Positions 59,832 to 64,000 of a DNA stretch of 64,000 nucleotides are shown here, one piece after another. The notes under the pieces are model-generated. The model was not told the origin of the DNA and ran no database searches. It saw only the letters and a program-made list of their open reading frames with translations. The number at the start of each line of letters is the position of its first letter. The first letter of the stretch is position 1. Source of the DNA: Clostridium peptidivorans (GTDB taxonomy: Bacteria; Bacillota; Clostridia; Clostridiales; Clostridiaceae). Where the stretch lies: positions 243,201-307,200 of the forward strand of contig NZ_OAOD01000001.1 of the NCBI RefSeq assembly GCF_900205925.1, written 5' to 3'. The position numbers and the translations under genes are program-made.

Positions 59832-60770
59832 TTAATCATCACTTGCTTCATTTCTTTTATTATTTCTTAAATCAAATGTTTCGATTGGTTCTGGCCCTCT
59901 TAATATTTTTCTTTTTATATGAAGATCACCCTCTAAATTAGTTCTGATCCTCCATTCAATCAACATTATTTTTCCATCTACTATTTCAATACCTTGAATT
60001 CCACTTGCTCGGACGCATGAACCGTCATTAAAGTAAGGTAATTCTTTGGCTTTGGGAAAATGCGGTCTATGAGTATGCCCACAGATGATCATAATTTTGT
60101 TCATTTCAATCCAATTACTATAAATGCGTTCAATTTTATGAATCTTTTCAGCACTTTTTACAGGGCTTGCAGGATTTATAAACCCTATTGAGTGAAGAAA
60201 TCTCCAAAAATATCTTACTGTAAGCCTATTAAAACGCCATAACTTGTCATTCATTATGTCTCCTTGATGACCATGAAGAGTTAGTATTTCCTGTCCTGTA
60301 TTTTTATGTTTAAACACTACTGCCTCATGTAGCGTAATGTCAGGAAATAATTCTATTTCCTCCTCATTATAATCGTCATAGAATTTATAATAATTCTTTT
60401 CTACAAAATGTTTATATTTTAAGCATATATTGTGATTACCGTATAACATAATCAATCTATTGGAATCAAAGAACTTTTTTAATAGAGTATATATTTCATC
60501 ATGTGCTAATCTTATATGTTTAAAATTAGAGTATTCCCAAAGTTCATCTCCATCTCCAACCTCAACATAAGTAAATCCATTATCAAAATAGTATTCTAAT
60601 GCAAACAAAAAGATATTTTGATTTTTTGCAAATTCATCAGAAGGTGTACTATCTCCCCTATGACAGTCACTGAAAAATATATATTTAGAATTGTTATCAA
60701 AGTATTCAATTTTGGCATTATTATAAGCTTCTGTTAATCTATTTTCTGCTAACTTCTTTTTCGATATCAT
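59832..60770 (-). CDS. metallophosphoesterase (calcineurin-like)
   Basis: DCHRGD, GDGDE and GNHN motifs. Confidence 0.8.
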   Translation of the reverse strand: MISKKKLAENRLTEAYNNAKIEYFDNNSKYIFFSDCHRGDSTPSDEFAKNQNIFLFALEYYFDNGFTYVEVGDGDELWEYSNFKHIRLAHDEIYTLLKKFFDSNRLIMLYGNHNICLKYKHFVEKNYYKFYDDYNEEEIELFPDITLHEAVVFKHKNTGQEILTLHGHQGDIMNDKLWRFNRLTVRYFWRFLHSIGFINPASPVKSAEKIHKIERIYSNWIEMNKIMIICGHTHRPHFPKAKELPYFNDGSCVRASGIQGIEIVDGKIMLIEWRIRTNLEGDLHIKRKILRGPEPIETFDLRNNKRNEASDD

Positions 60771-60919
60771 AGCACACCTCTGTTTGACTAATCAAATTAA
60801 CTTTTGTATTAACATATAAAAATTTAATTATATATGGTTAATCTACCCTCTTAAGTAGGAATATATTTATGTAATATTTTAAAATATATAAGAATTAAAT
60901 CTAATATTCAAAAAAGTCT

Positions 60920-61022
60920 CCGTTACTTATGGTACGGTTCAGCCTTTATAATTCTAAACATTTTTTTATAAACAGGAAAAACCCTCGACGGAAACATCGA
61001 GGGTTTCATTGGTGGAGGCGAA
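60920..61022. repeat. dispersed repeat copy D with embedded terminator hairpin CCCTCGA-CGGAAACA-TCGAGGG
   Basis: 25-nt identity CGAGGGTTTCATTGGTGGAGGCGAA with copy C. Also carries the TACGGTTCAGCC core. Serves as the terminator of the MBL hydrolase gene. Confidence 0.7.
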
Positions 61023-61066
61023 ACGCAGCCTTTAAAATCCACTACTTCACCTTCAACCAAAATTGC

Positions 61067-61798
61067 TTACTTTTTCTTATGTTGTGATTTTAAATACTCA
61101 ATAATCTCAGTTTTATTTATAGGTGATGAGTGTCCTGAAAAACAAATATTAAACTCTAAATTCTTTAACATATTTATAAGACTCTCTAACTTAACTGGAT
61201 CATATTCACAATTATTATAATAGTCCATACCATAAGCATCTCCTATAAATACTACTTTTTCCTCAGGTACATAAACTATTACTGAATCCTCAGAATGAGG
61301 TGAAATAACATTCTTTAAAATAACTGTTAATCCTCCCAAGTCTATTTCTAAATCATTTTTAAATACTATATCTGCAGGTATAACTTTTATATCTTGAAGC
61401 GCTTTATATTCTTTACGAATATTAGTATCTGCAAATACAATATCTTCTCCCGTTAAAAGACGCTTTTTCATTTCTTCATCTGTCCATTGCCACTTAGACA
61501 TAACCTTTAATTGTTCATTAGTTATTTCACATGCTATTGTTTTTCCTGCAACTGCATGCATTCCATAAGTATGATCCCAATGCCAATGAGTAATTGCAAC
61601 ATAATCAGGTAACCTTAAACTCAATTTTTCTATAAAATTATTAAATTTTTCAACATGATTTTTTGAGTTTCCTGCATCCACCATTAAAGAATATTTATCT
61701 CCTTTAATATACCCAAGCACTGGTCTGTCAGTTTCTCTGTCATTAATAAGATAATAAACCCTTTCTGTAACTTTTGTTAAATCCATAAAACTTTCCAC
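61067..61798 (-). CDS. MBL-fold metallo-hydrolase
   Basis: THWHWDH motif. Confidence 0.8.
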   Translation of the reverse strand: MESFMDLTKVTERVYYLINDRETDRPVLGYIKGDKYSLMVDAGNSKNHVEKFNNFIEKLSLRLPDYVAITHWHWDHTYGMHAVAGKTIACEITNEQLKVMSKWQWTDEEMKKRLLTGEDIVFADTNIRKEYKALQDIKVIPADIVFKNDLEIDLGGLTVILKNVISPHSEDSVIVYVPEEKVVFIGDAYGMDYYNNCEYDPVKLESLINMLKNLEFNICFSGHSSPINKTEIIEYLKSQHKKK

Positions 61799-62401
61799 CT
61801 TTCTTAATAGAAATTAAAACTCCCCATAGACAAACAATATCATCTAGGGGGAGTTAATTTATATAAAAATCTTTTATTATATTTAAATTAAATTTAATAC
61901 AAAACATATACTTATCAATATTTTAGTTTAATAAAAATAAGCCTATGTATTATTTTATGTGTATTTAGCGTTATTTTACTTTTATAAAAGAGTTTATATA
62001 GAAGATATTGTTCTTAAAATGCACACTCAATAAAGCTCCATACTAGAACTTTAAAGCATCTTAAACTATTTAATTTTAATAGTTTAGTTAAGAACAACTA
62101 AAATCATCTCTTCAAGTCTCCTTTTTTTATAAAATAATTATTTTAAATAATATCACATAGCATTTTTACTGTCAATATTTTCATTTGACTTCCTTTACTT
62201 TGATAAATTTTATTTATAGCGGATAAGATAAGCTGTAATCTCTTTCTTATGAATTTATCGGCAGCCTGCTGTAAAAATAACGTTTGTTTTTTAATTTATA
62301 TTCATGTATTTCACCATTGATTCAGAAAAAATGATGGTGTTACAGATTTTTGCTCTCTTTTAATTCTAATTATTTATACATTTTTCTTTAATTATAATGA
62401 A

Positions 62402-63337
62402 TTAATTATATGCCTTTATTCCTTCTTCAATAATATCCCAGAATTTTTCCACATCAATGTCTATTGATACATTGCTATTTGGTTTTTTCTTAAAGTAATT
62501 GAAATAATCACAGTTTGTTCTGCCATAACTCTGCTCACTTCTTATATCTATCTGTGTAAACATCTCTTTAGTAGTCAGAACCGAAGGATCAATTAAGTAC
62601 GCTATAGTAACTGGGTCATGTAAAGGGCCTCCTGCCCATCCAAAAACTTCATTTTGGCTTTTGTTAAAAAATGTCATCAAATCAATGAACAGTTTTGAGG
62701 CCTTGTTTTGAGTCTTAGCCATACGTTCCATTACTGAAGGCAGGCAAAGAACTTTTCTTGTAACATCTAAACCAACCATCGTAATTTTTCGACCACATGT
62801 AAATACAACATGAGCTGCGTCTCCATCTGCCAGAACATTGAATTCCGCAGCTGGTGTCATATTCCCCAACTGATAACAGCCTCCCATTAATACTATTTCC
62901 TGAATCTTAGGAAGGATCTCCGGACAAAGCCTGATTGCCATTGCCAGATTAGTCATAGGACCAGTAGTAACAACAGTAATATCTCCTTCAGATTTTAAAA
63001 GAGTGTCAATAATATATAGTACTCCATGCTGTTTTTCTACTTCTCTATTAAGAGGTTCAAATTTTGGGCCATCCAGTCCAGAATCTCCGTGGATGTCATC
63101 AGCCACTATCTGTTTGTCCCTGATCATCGGATTCTCACAACCTCTATAAACAGGTATATCCAGATTAAGATATTGACATACATTAAGTGCATTGACTACA
63201 GTTTTGTCCAATGTTTGATTACCTGCCACCACTGTTATTCCCAATAAATCTATTGCCTGGCTTTTTGCAGCCAGCATAATAGCTATTGCATCATCATGTC
63301 CTGGATCACAATCCAAAATTATTTTTCTTTTTATCAT
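62402..63337 (-). CDS. nucleoside hydrolase (IunH/RihA type)
   Basis: N-terminal DCDPGHDDA motif. Confidence 0.85.
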   Translation of the reverse strand: MIKRKIILDCDPGHDDAIAIMLAAKSQAIDLLGITVVAGNQTLDKTVVNALNVCQYLNLDIPVYRGCENPMIRDKQIVADDIHGDSGLDGPKFEPLNREVEKQHGVLYIIDTLLKSEGDITVVTTGPMTNLAMAIRLCPEILPKIQEIVLMGGCYQLGNMTPAAEFNVLADGDAAHVVFTCGRKITMVGLDVTRKVLCLPSVMERMAKTQNKASKLFIDLMTFFNKSQNEVFGWAGGPLHDPVTIAYLIDPSVLTTKEMFTQIDIRSEQSYGRTNCDYFNYFKKKPNSNVSIDIDVEKFWDIIEEGIKAYN

Positions 63338-63372
63338 TTTATTTCCTCCCTAGTATTCTGTATTATTCTAGT

Positions 63373-63424
63373 CGCTTGCAGAATTCCGCAAGCGTTGATT
63401 CGCCTAACCTTTTAGCCGTTAGGC
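63373..63424 (-). promoter_or_regulatory. two consecutive perfect 7-bp hairpins in the 5' leader of the nucleoside hydrolase gene
   Basis: CGCTTGC/GCAAGCG at 63373..63394 and GCCTAAC/GTTAGGC at 63402..63424. Confidence 0.35.
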
Positions 63425-63499
63425 TTTTATATTTTCCTCCACTATGAAATAATAAATGTTACCACACAAAATAATAAAACATAGAGGAGGAGAACAAAC

Positions 63500-63784
63500 A
63501 TGTTTTGTCTTAATAAAATTAAACAACTGAATATTTTTGAACAGGTATCTGAATTAAAATACATGACTACTAAACAGCCCGTAAGGTTCATTAAGTTACT
63601 TGCTGATAACTTTGATATTAACACCTTTATTCCTAATTCATTTAAAGAACACTATTATTCTAACTTAGGAAAAAATAGAGAATATGAACTTTCTTCTGTT
63701 TTATCAGCACTTCTAATCATGCAGATATTTCATATACCTACTACTGTCTTATTAACGATCTTTCTTATTCAGTCTTCTAATTGA
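63500..63784 (+). mobile_element. remnant of an IS1182/IS5-family transposase (N-terminal DUF772/InsH_N domain only)
   Basis: Strong RBS GAGGAGGAG. 94 aa. The motif FKEHYYSNLGKNREYELSSVLSALLIMQIFHIPT matches the conserved N-terminal transposase domain. The ORF stops and the DDE domain is absent. Confidence 0.55.
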
Positions 63785-64000
63785 TCAATTTTATCTGCAA
63801 TAAGCTCCTTGATTTTTTCGTATTGTACTTCAGTAATAACAATTTTTCTTCCATTTTTCGTTATATAGTTATCATCAACCAATCGTTTTATTGCTCTGGT
63901 AACTGTTCGGATATTTAATCCTGAACAATTGGCCAATTCATGCCTCGTCAGATAAATGGTACATTTTTTATTTACAGAATTATATTTATATGACTGTAAA
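63777..64000 (-). CDS. Crp/Fnr family transcriptional regulator (C-terminal HTH; 5' part outside the window)
   Basis: Reverse-strand translation gives ...YLTRHELANCSGLNIRTVTRAIKRLVDDNYI..., the classic Crp HTH. Confidence 0.7.

Noticed and set aside
28100-61022. The GTACGGTTC motif in the dispersed repeats resembles the 3' strand of group II intron domain V.
   Set aside because: The complementary 5' half of domain V (GAGCCGTATG...) and the domain VI bulged-A helix are absent. No RT or maturase ORF is nearby.
63402-63424. GCCTAAC...GTTAGGC matches the integron attC inverse-core/core consensus (RYYYAAC/GTTRRRY).
   Set aside because: It is a single 23-nt hairpin lacking the second L box pair and the usual attC length. 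No intI is present and there is no cassette array. Most likely a coincidental hairpin.
1-64000. CRISPR arrays, tRNA/rRNA genes, prophage or integrase signatures.
   Set aside because: No regularly spaced direct repeats, no tRNA-like cloverleaf and no rRNA motifs were seen. No integrase, recombinase or phage structural genes were seen.

Overview
This is an AT-rich (about 28-30% GC) low-GC Firmicutes, Clostridium-like chromosomal segment. Genes are densely packed and lie mostly on the minus strand. No rRNA, tRNA, CRISPR array, integrase or intact IS element was found.

Recognisable content includes:
- proline biosynthesis genes proB and proA;
- the M3 peptidase PepF;
- a flavin reductase and an ALDH-family dehydrogenase;
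- TetR, GNAT, LysE-exporter and APC-permease genes;
- a MacB/FtsX-type ABC pair;
- a polysaccharide deacetylase and a PhzF-family isomerase;
- an OmpR/HK two-component pair co-operonic with a polyprenyl-phosphate glycosylation module (GT2, two small membrane proteins and a GT-C enzyme);
- an ECF sigma/anti-sigma pair beside a PspA-less YdjGHI-like SPFH/zinc-ribbon membrane module that carries a tandem gene duplication;
- a SIMPL protein;
- a reductive pyrimidine-catabolism cluster (preT, preA, dihydropyrimidinase, DUF1097 membrane protein, M20 carbamoyl-amidohydrolase);
- DegT aminotransferase and DeoR genes;
- a MutS2-like ATPase that lacks an Smr domain;
- a B12-binding radical SAM enzyme with a small HTH regulator;
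- a TIGYGD K+ channel;
- a PotABCD-like ABC importer operon with a PHP phosphatase, a TIM-barrel sugar-phosphate isomerase and a DeoR regulator;
- a DUF2127 protein, a metallophosphoesterase, an MBL-fold hydrolase, a nucleoside hydrolase and a partial Crp/Fnr gene.

The main things worth a second look are:
- six copies of a short dispersed intergenic repeat with the core TACGGTTCACC, several fused to terminator hairpins;
- a roughly 180-nt island of about 50% GC that sits upstream of the K+ channel gene and ends in a terminator-like hairpin;
- two genes split by single in-frame stop codons (an XRE-cupin regulator by TAA, a secreted protein by TGA);
- four gene remnants (histidine-kinase 3' end, hydantoinase internal fragment, IS1182/IS5 transposase N-terminus, truncated MerR);
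- SD-preceded micro-ORFs next to the radical SAM gene and upstream of the MacB-type transporter.
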